Source: an uncultured virus (IMG/VR IMGVR_UViG_3300030508_000023)
Lineage: Duplodnaviria; Heunggongvirae; Uroviricota; Caudoviricetes
Virus record (IMG/VR): IMGVR_UViG_3300030508_000023
Reading direction: 5' to 3' (one strand)
Length of the DNA: 20,000 nt
The position numbers and the translations under genes were made by a program. The notes beneath the pieces are model-generated. The model was given only the letters and a program-made list of their open reading frames with translations, was not told where the DNA came from and did not search any database. This document shows, one piece after another, positions 8,755 to 16,560 of this stretch; position 1 is the stretch's first letter; every line of letters starts with the position of its first letter.

Positions 8755-9270
8755 CTACTCGTCTTCTTCTACATCTTCCTCTGCATCACCGTCATCGTCC
8801 CCATTCTCATTGTCCTCATACCGCAGGTCTTCATCCAGGTCATAAATTCGTCCTGCAATATCCGCAGGTACATCCTCATTATCGATCTCGGAAATTTTTT
8901 GCAACCGACTAAAGGGGTTTACTTCTGTTAAAAAGTGTTCATCCGTATGTCGAAAGTAAGAATACATTTTTAGTTTTCTTTGCACCAGAACAGCTAATCT
9001 GGAAATAACCTTAGTTGGAATTCCTCCATCAGTGCAGAATATAATTTTCTTCCCTGAATCAAATTGACTCTGCCTTTCTGGTGCGAAATAACACCCCCAA
9101 TTGTTCATATTCCACATCATTACCTCATCAAATCGCATTACTGGGGGCTGTGGCTTAATCTGATGAAAAGCTATATATCCATCTGCAGTTATATACGGAT
9201 AGCACTCCCGTGTTAGTTGTGTGTGACCGCCCGTCCTGGTTCTACCAATAAGTGAATTTATGATTTCCAT
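8755..9270 (-). CDS. tandem paralog family member 1 (long D/E tail)
   Basis: INSL, IAFHQIKP, WNMNNWGC, FCTDGGIPTKVISRLAV; purine-rich AAGGGAAG before the ATG. Confidence 0.8.
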   Translation of the reverse strand: MEIINSLIGRTRTGGHTQLTRECYPYITADGYIAFHQIKPQPPVMRFDEVMMWNMNNWGCYFAPERQSQFDSGKKIIFCTDGGIPTKVISRLAVLVQRKLKMYSYFRHTDEHFLTEVNPFSRLQKISEIDNEDVPADIAGRIYDLDEDLRYEDNENGDDDGDAEEDVEEDE

Positions 9271-9383
9271 CTTCCCTTAAGTTAACACTCTAATTATCTG
9301 TTGAGAGCACGCTCGTAAGCACGACCCCTCATGTCTAAAAGGTCCATCAAAATAGGCCCGTGAATAAAATTTGCATGTATTTT

Positions 9384-9563
9384 CTACTTTGCATCCTCTT
9401 TGTTCTTCCTCCTTAGTGGGCCATACTCTTCCTTAATCTTCCTGAGAGCTACTGGGTCGTGCTTTTCAAGCTCCTCTGAGAGCTTGTGATTAAACTCTCC
9501 CAACCTATGTAGGCTATTCTTTAGCGCATCAATTGTATTGTGTAGTTGTTGAATTCCAAACAT
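9384..9563 (-). CDS. small coiled-coil hypothetical protein
   Basis: Start reassigned to ATG 9563 (MFGIQQLHN) after an A-rich leader, which avoids overlap with 9575..9862. Confidence 0.6.
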   Translation of the reverse strand: MFGIQQLHNTIDALKNSLHRLGEFNHKLSEELEKHDPVALRKIKEEYGPLRRKNKEDAK

Positions 9564-9574
9564 ATGTTTTGTTT

Positions 9575-9862
9575 TTAGCCTCTGGTAATAATTCTGGATT
9601 TCTCCACCGTCGCCTCTTCTTTCTGAGAAGTAATCCAATCCACAAGATCCTGTGGGTCCTCAAAAGAATTTGTCATAGACGAAGCTACAACTGCAACTGT
9701 CTCGTACCCATCTTTTGTGCTATATACAAGCAGCGCCAGGGTGGGATCATTTGTACTAGGCTTCATTAGTACCGTCTGGAATCCATTGGACTTCAAGAAG
9801 TCAATTAGCTCTACTCCATTGCCTTCTGGCTCTTTGGTTTCTGCTGTTTCTATATCGCTCAT
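9575..9862 (-). CDS. hypothetical protein
   Basis: 95 aa, leader AAACAAAAACAAAACA. Confidence 0.7.
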   Translation of the reverse strand: MSDIETAETKEPEGNGVELIDFLKSNGFQTVLMKPSTNDPTLALLVYSTKDGYETVAVVASSMTNSFEDPQDLVDWITSQKEEATVEKSRIITRG

Positions 9863-9878
9863 TGTTTTGTTTTTGTTT

Positions 9879-10046
9879 CTACTTACGTAGATTTTTCCAC
9901 CACTTGTCTACTCGATTGCGATCTGCTTTGTTGAATATCCAAAACAGAGGTAATCCGAACAGGAGTGGGATGAGGATTTGTGACACGAATAAAAATAATA
10001 TTAGTGTCGTTATAAACAAGTCAGTTGTGATTAATAATCTTCCCAT
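9879..10046 (-). CDS. small membrane protein, 55 aa (MGRLLITTDLFITTLILFLFVSQILIPLLFGLPLFWIF...)
   Basis: Manually translated; fills the gap exactly; hydrophobic stretch then basic tail. Confidence 0.6.
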   Translation of the reverse strand: MGRLLITTDLFITTLILFLFVSQILIPLLFGLPLFWIFNKADRNRVDKWWKNLRK

Positions 10047-10047
10047 A

Positions 10048-10245
10048 CTATTCGTCTTGGTACCTTACGTTTTCGTCATCGTTGTCGAGAGGAATTCCGC
10101 CTACCGAAAGGTAGGCATCCCCTTCTTCCCAATGACCATTGTTATCTACGACGATACATAAGCTAAGCCCACCATCGTCGACAGCAACATCTGAATCAGC
10201 TGGTAAGGACTCAGCCCAATCCAAAAGCTCTTGTCTTGAAATCAT
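10048..10245 (-). CDS. small acidic hypothetical protein
   Basis: Start reassigned to ATG 10245 (ATGA overlap with the upstream stop). Confidence 0.65.
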   Translation of the reverse strand: MISRQELLDWAESLPADSDVAVDDGGLSLCIVVDNNGHWEEGDAYLSVGGIPLDNDDENVRYQDE

Positions 10246-10895
10246 GAGTTGTATCTTTTTGAGGACTTCCTCGATCTTATTAGTTGGCAATCATTGCACA
10301 TACACTTGGCATCAATGATCTGAAGCTTGAGGTCTTCGAGGGTTGTAGTCATGTTGTTATGACTTCCTCCCCATACTAAACAATACGCATTTATTTCCTC
10401 GTCGATAATACTCAATGCTTCAAATTGCTTCTGTAGCATTGGCTTTTCAACAACCTCACCCACTGGGCCAAGGTTAACAATAGTTACGACTGGATCTCCA
10501 GGAAGTGGTTTGGGGGGGCTACCATAAGTAAATATACTGTAATATCTTACACTTCCCTGCACAAGTTGGTGTATCAATCCAGTCTCTTTGTTTTGTTGCC
10601 ATGGGAAATGTATTCCCAAAGTATCTAGAGACATTCTTTCCCACCAAGGGAGATAGTCTGAAACAGCTTTTTGCCCCGCATAACTAAATGCAAGCAGATT
10701 TGTTTCGCGACTACCTATACAAATTAATTCATTATCCCTGTTCTCTAGTTCAAAGAACTGAGTTGAGTTCTTGCCTTTGTATTTTCCAGTAGTGCCACGA
10801 ATGGTAATCTGGAACAGGACTTTGAACTCGGGATAGTACCAAGCAGTGGAGATATTTAACTCCTTGAATCTTTTAAATACTTCTTCAATAATCAT
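10242..10895 (-). CDS. hypothetical protein with C-terminal CxCxxC
   Basis: ORF 10242..10943; ATG 10895 follows an AC-rich leader. Confidence 0.75.
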   Translation of the reverse strand: MIIEEVFKRFKELNISTAWYYPEFKVLFQITIRGTTGKYKGKNSTQFFELENRDNELICIGSRETNLLAFSYAGQKAVSDYLPWWERMSLDTLGIHFPWQQNKETGLIHQLVQGSVRYYSIFTYGSPPKPLPGDPVVTIVNLGPVGEVVEKPMLQKQFEALSIIDEEINAYCLVWGGSHNNMTTTLEDLKLQIIDAKCMCNDCQLIRSRKSSKRYNS

Positions 10896-10943
10896 GTTGT
10901 TGGTGTTTGGGTTTTGGTTTGTTCCAATGGCAGTTGCGTGCAC

Positions 10944-11165
10944 TTACATGGTTTGAATCTCTTTGATTACATTCCTGCCTTGATGCGCCCCAGATCCATT
11001 GCACCTCTTGCAGGTTGCTGTCAGTAGGCGATCAAGTGGAACTAGCTTATCTTGCTCTACTCCTATCCTTTCGGATAGAGCTGCAATAGCTGCTTCTTTG
11101 TCTTTGACGAAGAGAGCTGTCTCTTCGTCTGTGAGTGTGTGGATTTGCCCTGTCTGTGTGTCCAT
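10944..11165 (-). CDS. small hypothetical protein with a single CxxCxGxG motif
   Basis: MDTQTGQ... start just downstream of the terminator; CKRCNGSG. Confidence 0.6.
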   Translation of the reverse strand: MDTQTGQIHTLTDEETALFVKDKEAAIAALSERIGVEQDKLVPLDRLLTATCKRCNGSGAHQGRNVIKEIQTM

Positions 11166-11171
11166 GTGTAT

Positions 11172-11200
11172 AAAGAAAAAGGCCACTCCGTAGAGTGGCT
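11172..11200 (-). terminator. intrinsic terminator after phoH
   Basis: GCCACUC-UACG-GAGUGGC stem (cUNCGg loop) followed by CUUUUUCUUU. Confidence 0.85.
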
Positions 11201-11228
11201 TATGTTGTTTTTAAAATTTGTAGGAGGA

Positions 11229-11945
11229 TTATCTCCTCATCTTCCCAAGGACGTACCGAAGGAATGGAGACCTAACGCAATCAAGCTCCTCTTGAAGCTC
11301 AAAAGCATAGATCTTGTTCTCCCTAGACTCCTCGTCATTAAGTTTATCAAATACTTCCCTAAAGCCAGAATTAGGTACATCCACCTGCCCTGAATCTCCT
11401 ATAAGGTACACTCTACTATGGACTCCAACCCTCGACAGAGTCAACATAAGATCCTCCTTGGTCATACAACCAGCCTCATCAATGATGATGCCGTAGCAAT
11501 TGTAAGAAGTACCTCTCAGTAGTGCTACCGGCTGAGTTTCTACAACCTTGTCATTTATCAATTTAGACACCTGACTAGGGGGTAGCAGCTCATCCAGTTT
11601 TTGCTGTAGTGGCAGCATGAATGGACATAGCTTTGTCTGAAGGTCTCCACCAAGCCACCCAAGAGTACCACTGCCAGACTGCACTACGTTACGGATATAC
11701 AAGATGTTTGATATCTTCTTCTCTTGCAGAAGCTTCAAGCAAGCATACAGGGCGATCAGGGTCTTACCTGACCCCCAAATACCATCTACTATTGTCATAG
11801 CAGCTTTATGCTTTAAGGAGGCATCGACAACCTCCTGCTGTCTTTGTGTCCATGGGAACTCCCTTATACTTAGGTCGAATGCTATTTTAGCGTTCTGATG
11901 TACATGAGGTGACGTATCTTTCTTCGCAGCAGGTTTTTTAGCCAT
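11229..11945 (-). CDS. phoH: PhoH-family ATPase
   Basis: Walker A GIWGSGKT, LGWLGGDLQTKLCPF, LRGTSYN, IIIDEA, LSRVG, GDSGQVD, VRS: the ordered PhoH motif set. Confidence 0.92.
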   Translation of the reverse strand: MAKKPAAKKDTSPHVHQNAKIAFDLSIREFPWTQRQQEVVDASLKHKAAMTIVDGIWGSGKTLIALYACLKLLQEKKISNILYIRNVVQSGSGTLGWLGGDLQTKLCPFMLPLQQKLDELLPPSQVSKLINDKVVETQPVALLRGTSYNCYGIIIDEAGCMTKEDLMLTLSRVGVHSRVYLIGDSGQVDVPNSGFREVFDKLNDEESRENKIYAFELQEELDCVRSPFLRYVLGKMRR

Positions 11946-11951
11946 GTAAAA

Positions 11952-11980
11952 ATCCTAACTCAAATACCTCTTTAGAGCAA
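11952..11980 (-). promoter_or_regulatory. putative sigma70-type promoter for phoH (leaderless)
   Basis: TTGCTC-17 nt-TAGGAT, then 6 nt to the phoH ATG. Confidence 0.4.
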
Positions 11981-11989
11981 CCTGCAACA

Positions 11990-11998
11990 TGCTATAAT
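11990..11998 (+). promoter_or_regulatory. extended -10 promoter (TGCTATAAT)
   Basis: TGnTATAAT ending 6 nt before ATG 12005. Confidence 0.45.
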
Positions 11999-12004
11999 TA
12001 ATCC

Positions 12005-12127
12005 ATGCTAGATCCACTAGAAGCAGCTATGTTAGGTATATTTTCTTTATGCTATTTAGCTGCTTACTTACTGGTTACTGCCAGTTGGGCTTTGATGAAA
12101 AGATCCAAATTACGCAAAGATAAATAA
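12005..12127 (+). CDS. 40-aa single-TM peptide (MLDPLEAAMLGIFSLCYLAAYLLVTASWALMKRSKLRKDK)
   Basis: Manually translated; hydrophobic core plus basic tail; promoter positioned for a leaderless start. Confidence 0.45.
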   Translation: MLDPLEAAMLGIFSLCYLAAYLLVTASWALMKRSKLRKDK

Positions 12128-12188
12128 TAGCAACCACTAGAGTTACTACCATTATCCAAAAGTCCTCCTTCTTGCCCCTATACTTCAT
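12075..12188 (-). CDS. 37-aa single-TM peptide (MKYRGKKEDFWIMVVTLVVAIIYLCVIWIFSSKPNWQ)
   Basis: ATGA overlap with the stop of the upstream gene; hydrophobic helix. Confidence 0.5.
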   Translation of the reverse strand: MKYRGKKEDFWIMVVTLVVAIIYLCVIWIFSSKPNWQ

Positions 12189-12583
12189 GGGACAAGGACA
12201 AGTAGAGACTCCGCTAGTAACTCTGTAGGAGCCAGGACAAGGGCCATGCATTCCTCTAGGGAGGCTTCCCAAACAAAATTCTTAACCCCCTGACTTCTCC
12301 AGGGAGCAATCTTGAGGTTCTCCGCTAGGTGCACAAGGAATTGCTCTCTTTGCCAATCAGGAAGGCTGGTAGCAAGTTCAATGATTGCATCTCTGTCTTC
12401 CATATAATCTGGAATCTCTGCTGGAAATGTCATCTTGGATCTCGGTGCATATATAGGATGATACCCATAAGAAACAAGAGAATCTGGATCCTCAGCGTCC
12501 TCTGGAGGAGTCCTCCATGTAATCTCCCAGCAATCAAACTTAGCTATTCTTTCATTCTTCTGACTTTGTGTTTCTATTTCCAC
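12185..12583 (-). CDS. hypothetical protein
   Basis: ORF 12185..12661; probable GTG start at 12583 after AAAAAA, overlapping the upstream stop at 12574-12576 (alternative ATG 12661). Confidence 0.65.
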   Translation of the reverse strand: MEIETQSQKNERIAKFDCWEITWRTPPEDAEDPDSLVSYGYHPIYAPRSKMTFPAEIPDYMEDRDAIIELATSLPDWQREQFLVHLAENLKIAPWRSQGVKNFVWEASLEECMALVLAPTELLAESLLVLVP

Positions 12584-12846
12584 TTTTTTACGAGTTCGGG
12601 GTTGTTGGCACACCAGAATGCAAGTGCCCATCTCTGCTTCTTTGAGAGTGGGTGCCTCCATGTTCTGATACTAATTATCTTGGGTTCTGAAGCTTGCTCG
12701 CAAGCATCCTTCAGTTTTTCGTCATCGAAATAGATATAATGCCTAGCATCTATCTTGTCCTAGGTCTTCCATATTCTTGTAATACAAGCTCGTTTTATCA
12801 ACCTATCACTATAGGCATCTCCATAATGGTCAAAGCAATCACTCAT
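12574..12846 (-). pseudogene. 90-codon reading frame interrupted by one in-frame TAG (12760-12762)
   Basis: MSDCFDHYGDAYSDRLIKRACITRIWKT*DKIDARHYIYFDDEKLKDACEQASEPKIISIRTWRHPLSKKQRWALAFWCANNPELVKKWK*; fills an otherwise empty gap. Confidence 0.5.
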
Positions 12847-12862
12847 AATTTTTGAAAGTTGA

Positions 12863-12888
12863 GGGTCCCACAGTTTCCTGTGGGGCCC
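12863..12888 (-). terminator. GC-rich hairpin after the Nampt-like gene
   Basis: GGGCCCCACAG-GAAA-CUGUGGGACCC (GNRA loop, one mismatch); U-tract weak. Confidence 0.6.
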
Positions 12889-12917
12889 AGTAATATTTAA
12901 GGATAATCTAAGTCGTC

Positions 12918-14393
12918 CTAGAATTCCTTATGAAGTCTCGCCCTAATCTCCGTCAGAGATTGGTCAACAAATAGTTGCCCATCCTCGTAAACCCGATTAT
13001 AGGCACAGTTCTTGACTTCATCCCAGGATACCTGGTCTTTCTGATAGAACTTACCATTCTCATCCTGGTAGACAGCGATCAACCCCTTGGCTGACTTCTT
13101 GAGTTTTGCGGTGTCCGTCTTGGGGTCCTTGAAGATTTCCCTTGGCTCTCCATTAACCTCCACATACGTACTCTTGACAGCCCAACCATCTGTGTCACGA
13201 CTTACGCCATAAACCAGATAGTAGGATCCAATCCCGTACACGATATTGGTACTTGCGAACCCCTTAGCCTTCAATCCTTCGCAGATTGCCAACAAGACCT
13301 TGCGGTTAACTCCATCACCAAGAATCGTTCCAACATGTGGATCCAACTCCTTAAACCCAAGATCATTGACCGTTCCACCAAAGATATCCCAAAGGAGTTC
13401 TATGGTTCCCTTATTCTCGGGCGAGCCCTCTGGAGCATCTGGGTCTCCAACGATGATCTTGACGTTGTCTCCACTATCAGGTCGGAAAACCAACTTACCA
13501 TCACGTTTCAATATGGTTTCTTTTAGCCGGATAGCAAAGTCAGAAAGAGTCTTCCAGTAATCAGTAGTGTCACTGATGTAGCTGAAAATCCCCGTAGGGT
13601 AAACATCCTCAATGAGATGTCTCAGAGCCTCGAACTCGTCTCCTCCATAAGAGCAAATCACGGCGTGCTCCGAAGCAGCTACCGAAACAGTGATCAACTC
13701 CTTGTCGGAATCTCCGTTGTAATATTCCTCAATGAAATCAATCCCAGGAACCGTGTCGGATCCAGCAAAAGATGTCAAGAATCCGGCATCAGCCATGACC
13801 GCAGCTTCGTGACCGAAGCAGCCCCTGTAGCTAAAGTTGTGCCCCTGGAACTTTACAAACCCAATATTTCCAACTGTTTCCATTGCATACTTCTCGAGCA
13901 CCTTCCTGATCTCCAAGGCAGTGGTCGCCGTTGTTGCAATGGGCCATGTGGATGTAGAAAGGATTGTTTCGATGTACGCCTGGAACCATCCAAACCTAGT
14001 GTCGGTTGTCCAATACACAAATGGTGCTACACCATATGGGACAATAGACCCCTCAGGGAGACTATAGAATGCCAATGGGATGTGCCCCAAGTCATGCAAG
14101 GCCTCGATGTGTTCTTGACCGACACTATTTGGACCAAGGTAGTTATTAATCCTCCTTGTGTACCGGGCGACCACCTCTTCCTTAGGCTTAGCGAAGAAGT
14201 TGGTATTCCAAAGGCCAATAAGGATCTCCTTCAGGAAGTATTGTAGTCCAACGGCCACAACTCCATCCGGTACGACCTCTCTGTATGACTTTCGAGGCGT
14301 CATATTACCAAAGGACAGGCTAAGTCCTGGGACTAATTGCTGCCTGTGTCCGGTTTTATAACCATCAATCAGCGTTTCTGGACTCTTTTTCAT
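12918..14393 (-). CDS. nadV: nicotinamide phosphoribosyltransferase-family protein (Nampt/NadV-like; probable Namat of NARP1)
   Basis: DGYKTGH, HNFSYRG, GSDTVPG, SVAASEHAV, SDTTD, VFRPDSGD, ILGDGV, GIGSY, SRDTDGWAVKST, FKDPKTD, KKSAKG; likely start ATG 14393. Confidence 0.93.
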   Translation of the reverse strand: MKKSPETLIDGYKTGHRQQLVPGLSLSFGNMTPRKSYREVVPDGVVAVGLQYFLKEILIGLWNTNFFAKPKEEVVARYTRRINNYLGPNSVGQEHIEALHDLGHIPLAFYSLPEGSIVPYGVAPFVYWTTDTRFGWFQAYIETILSTSTWPIATTATTALEIRKVLEKYAMETVGNIGFVKFQGHNFSYRGCFGHEAAVMADAGFLTSFAGSDTVPGIDFIEEYYNGDSDKELITVSVAASEHAVICSYGGDEFEALRHLIEDVYPTGIFSYISDTTDYWKTLSDFAIRLKETILKRDGKLVFRPDSGDNVKIIVGDPDAPEGSPENKGTIELLWDIFGGTVNDLGFKELDPHVGTILGDGVNRKVLLAICEGLKAKGFASTNIVYGIGSYYLVYGVSRDTDGWAVKSTYVEVNGEPREIFKDPKTDTAKLKKSAKGLIAVYQDENGKFYQKDQVSWDEVKNCAYNRVYEDGQLFVDQSLTEIRARLHKEF

Positions 14394-14835
14394 ATTTTTG
14401 TTGTTGTAGTTTCGATACCTTAATTGATTGGACAAGCGAGTTTAGTGTGTCGTACGCTTGTCCGAGTCCTGCTCTGTCATCTAGGAAGATATTGTAATAT
14501 ATCTTACCTCCAGCGTTGATCTCACCACCCTTGGTGAAGTCAACTACATCCTCGTTTATCCCATCGATCTTGATCCCTATTTCCTCGCAGTGCTTCCTAA
14601 TGAAAGCATGCCGGCTCTTGGGACTAGACGAGAATATAACTACCTTGAAACCAAGTTCGTTACAGTCTTTGATCAAACTAATGACGTTGTCAAAGATGTA
14701 CCCCTTGTTGTGAAAGTCGTAGATTGTATTGTCAAAATCCACTGCGACGACTAAGGACTCGTGTCTCCTGTAGTCGTTTAACAATCGATTATAACACTCC
14801 ACTGCCGACAAGAATGGGTCGGTTATTCTACGCAC
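14365..14835 (-). CDS. small HAD-superfamily hydrolase
   Basis: Motif I VAVDFDNTI, motif II IFSSS, K then IFLDDRA; overlaps both neighbours. Confidence 0.85.
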   Translation of the reverse strand: MRRITDPFLSAVECYNRLLNDYRRHESLVVAVDFDNTIYDFHNKGYIFDNVISLIKDCNELGFKVVIFSSSPKSRHAFIRKHCEEIGIKIDGINEDVVDFTKGGEINAGGKIYYNIFLDDRAGLGQAYDTLNSLVQSIKVSKLQQQKYEKESRNAD

Positions 14836-15733
14836 TTAATATGGAATTGTGTTTACTCAACTCAACTACGCTGAGCCCGTACGTTTTGACGAAATCCTCA
14901 GGGAAGTCCTGATACGAATCTGTCGTCCAGATCTCGTCGATGCCATTTTCCAGAAGCACCTGGACACCCTTGGAAAAGATTCCATGGGTAACATAGAGAA
15001 TTACCCTTCCTGCATTCTTTTTCTTTAGCTCCTGAGCCAAAGCTATGAACGTAGCACCTCCATCGCATATGTCGTCGACGATCATGATGTCCTTCTTCTC
15101 GAGATCATCAGCATACACAATCATTTCCTTGATCTTACCATTGGTAAGGTCGCGTAGCTTGTCAGCTCTGATGAACTCAGGGTGTCCAAGAGAAGCCGCC
15201 AGGTCAGAGACCTTCTTGTTCGCTCCTGCATCAGGAGAGACAAGGGTAACTCCAGTGAACGCTCTCTGATAGAGCTCACGGCTACCCCTGAAGATTGTCT
15301 TCAGGTCGACAACCTTAACTCTCTGGATCAGTGCCTCAGTGACACTACTGTGTGGATCAAAGGTATATACCCTCTTGAACCCCAGTGAATTGAGAATCCC
15401 TGCAAATGCCTTTAGACTAAATGCCTCTCCTCCGTCGCAGATCCTGTCCTGACGCCCATAGGGGACATATGCCAAGAACAACTCAACCTGAGCATGGTTG
15501 CAGATGCGATATAGAGCATCCCGTACCATAACAAGCTTCATGAAGTCTTCGGAAGACTTGATGCGAGAATACACAGAGCCACCCAGGCTCTGGAAGTCCG
15601 CTACGAACCGGTGGTTGTCGGTATCGATCTTGATCCCGACCTCGCCACCTGGGAAGACGAATTGCTTACATTCGACTTCTACCACGTTTGCTGTTGAACC
15701 GACATTGCCCGCTGCAATAACTAAGTCTTTCAT
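14828..15733 (-). CDS. prs: ribose-phosphate pyrophosphokinase-family protein (probable Adps of NARP1)
   Basis: FPGGE, YVPYGRQDR, DPHS, VSPDAGANKK, IVDDICDGGATF, YVTHGIFSKG. Confidence 0.92.
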   Translation of the reverse strand: MKDLVIAAGNVGSTANVVEVECKQFVFPGGEVGIKIDTDNHRFVADFQSLGGSVYSRIKSSEDFMKLVMVRDALYRICNHAQVELFLAYVPYGRQDRICDGGEAFSLKAFAGILNSLGFKRVYTFDPHSSVTEALIQRVKVVDLKTIFRGSRELYQRAFTGVTLVSPDAGANKKVSDLAASLGHPEFIRADKLRDLTNGKIKEMIVYADDLEKKDIMIVDDICDGGATFIALAQELKKKNAGRVILYVTHGIFSKGVQVLLENGIDEIWTTDSYQDFPEDFVKTYGLSVVELSKHNSILSA

Positions 15734-15763
15734 TGTGTGTTTTGTATGTTGTGTGTTGCGTTG

Positions 15764-16357
15764 CTACCAATCTGCATCATTACGAGTTGTACTCCATGGA
15801 TGCTTAGTCTCCCATCTCTTCCAAGATAAAATCCTTTCATGGAACTTTGTCCCCAAGATGCGATCTGCAATTCTAAGAATTAATGCACTTGGCCACATCA
15901 CCTGCCTAATCTTCCAAGTCTCAATGATACACTCCCTCTCACCCTTGCCCATCAAGTGGTGAAGTATAACACAGGCTGCTGTACTCCTTGAGACCCCCGC
16001 AAAGCAGTGAATTAGAACATCATGCTCCACCTCATCATCAACAATCTTCTTGAGATCTTTGATTAGGTTTTCAATCATAACCAAATTAGGTGTATTTGGA
16101 ATGTCCTCAGTAAGCATCTTATTAAAAGTAGCTTCTGTCATCACAGGTCCCTCTCCGAAGTAATCTTCCATCACATCTGCGAACGCATGGATAGAGAACT
16201 TCGTCTTCAAGCCCTGTCTGATGGCTGTGTTCTGAATCATGATTACATCATGGATGGAGTCAGGATCGTACAGAGAGATTAGCACTGTGGGCTTAGAGCC
16301 CTTTCTTAGCATGTCTTCTGTCTCGTGGATTCCCTTTACTGTTATACTCTTTATCAT
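15764..16357 (-). CDS. Cys-dependent protein-tyrosine/dual-specificity phosphatase-like protein
   Basis: P-loop LIHCFAGVSRSTA (HCx5R). Confidence 0.88.
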   Translation of the reverse strand: MIKSITVKGIHETEDMLRKGSKPTVLISLYDPDSIHDVIMIQNTAIRQGLKTKFSIHAFADVMEDYFGEGPVMTEATFNKMLTEDIPNTPNLVMIENLIKDLKKIVDDEVEHDVLIHCFAGVSRSTAACVILHHLMGKGERECIIETWKIRQVMWPSALILRIADRILGTKFHERILSWKRWETKHPWSTTRNDADW

Positions 16358-16560
16358 TGCTTCTCCTGGATTATATTACTATTTAGATATCGCCCAATTC
16401 CATTGGGCATCCTCCATAGTAAATCCCTAAAAATCAAATGTGTCACGACATATAGCGTGCTTGTGTCCTTTGGCCAAGGAGCCCAAGGCTTTTCCTTGAA
16501 CTCCTCTCTGGCCGCTTCTTCAGTTATTGACTCTGATGTCCACTCTTCGTGTGCCATCAC
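16354..16560 (-). CDS. small hypothetical protein
   Basis: 68 aa, 4-nt overlaps at both ends. Confidence 0.6.
   Translation of the reverse strand: MMAHEEWTSESITEEAAREEFKEKPWAPWPKDTSTLYVVTHLIFRDLLWRMPNGIGRYLNSNIIQEKQ

Noticed and set aside
4090..9270. Diversity-generating retroelement, shufflon or integron cassette explanation for the paralog array
   Set aside because: No reverse transcriptase or recombinase in the window, no near-identical TR/VR pair, no repeated intergenic att-like sites; several genes overlap directly.
10944..11165. DnaJ-type zinc finger call
   Set aside because: Only one CxxCxGxG unit is present, too little to assign the family.
13617..14246. 209-aa plus-strand ORF and the other plus-strand ORFs of the track
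   Set aside because: Antisense shadows of well-supported minus-strand genes, with no motifs.
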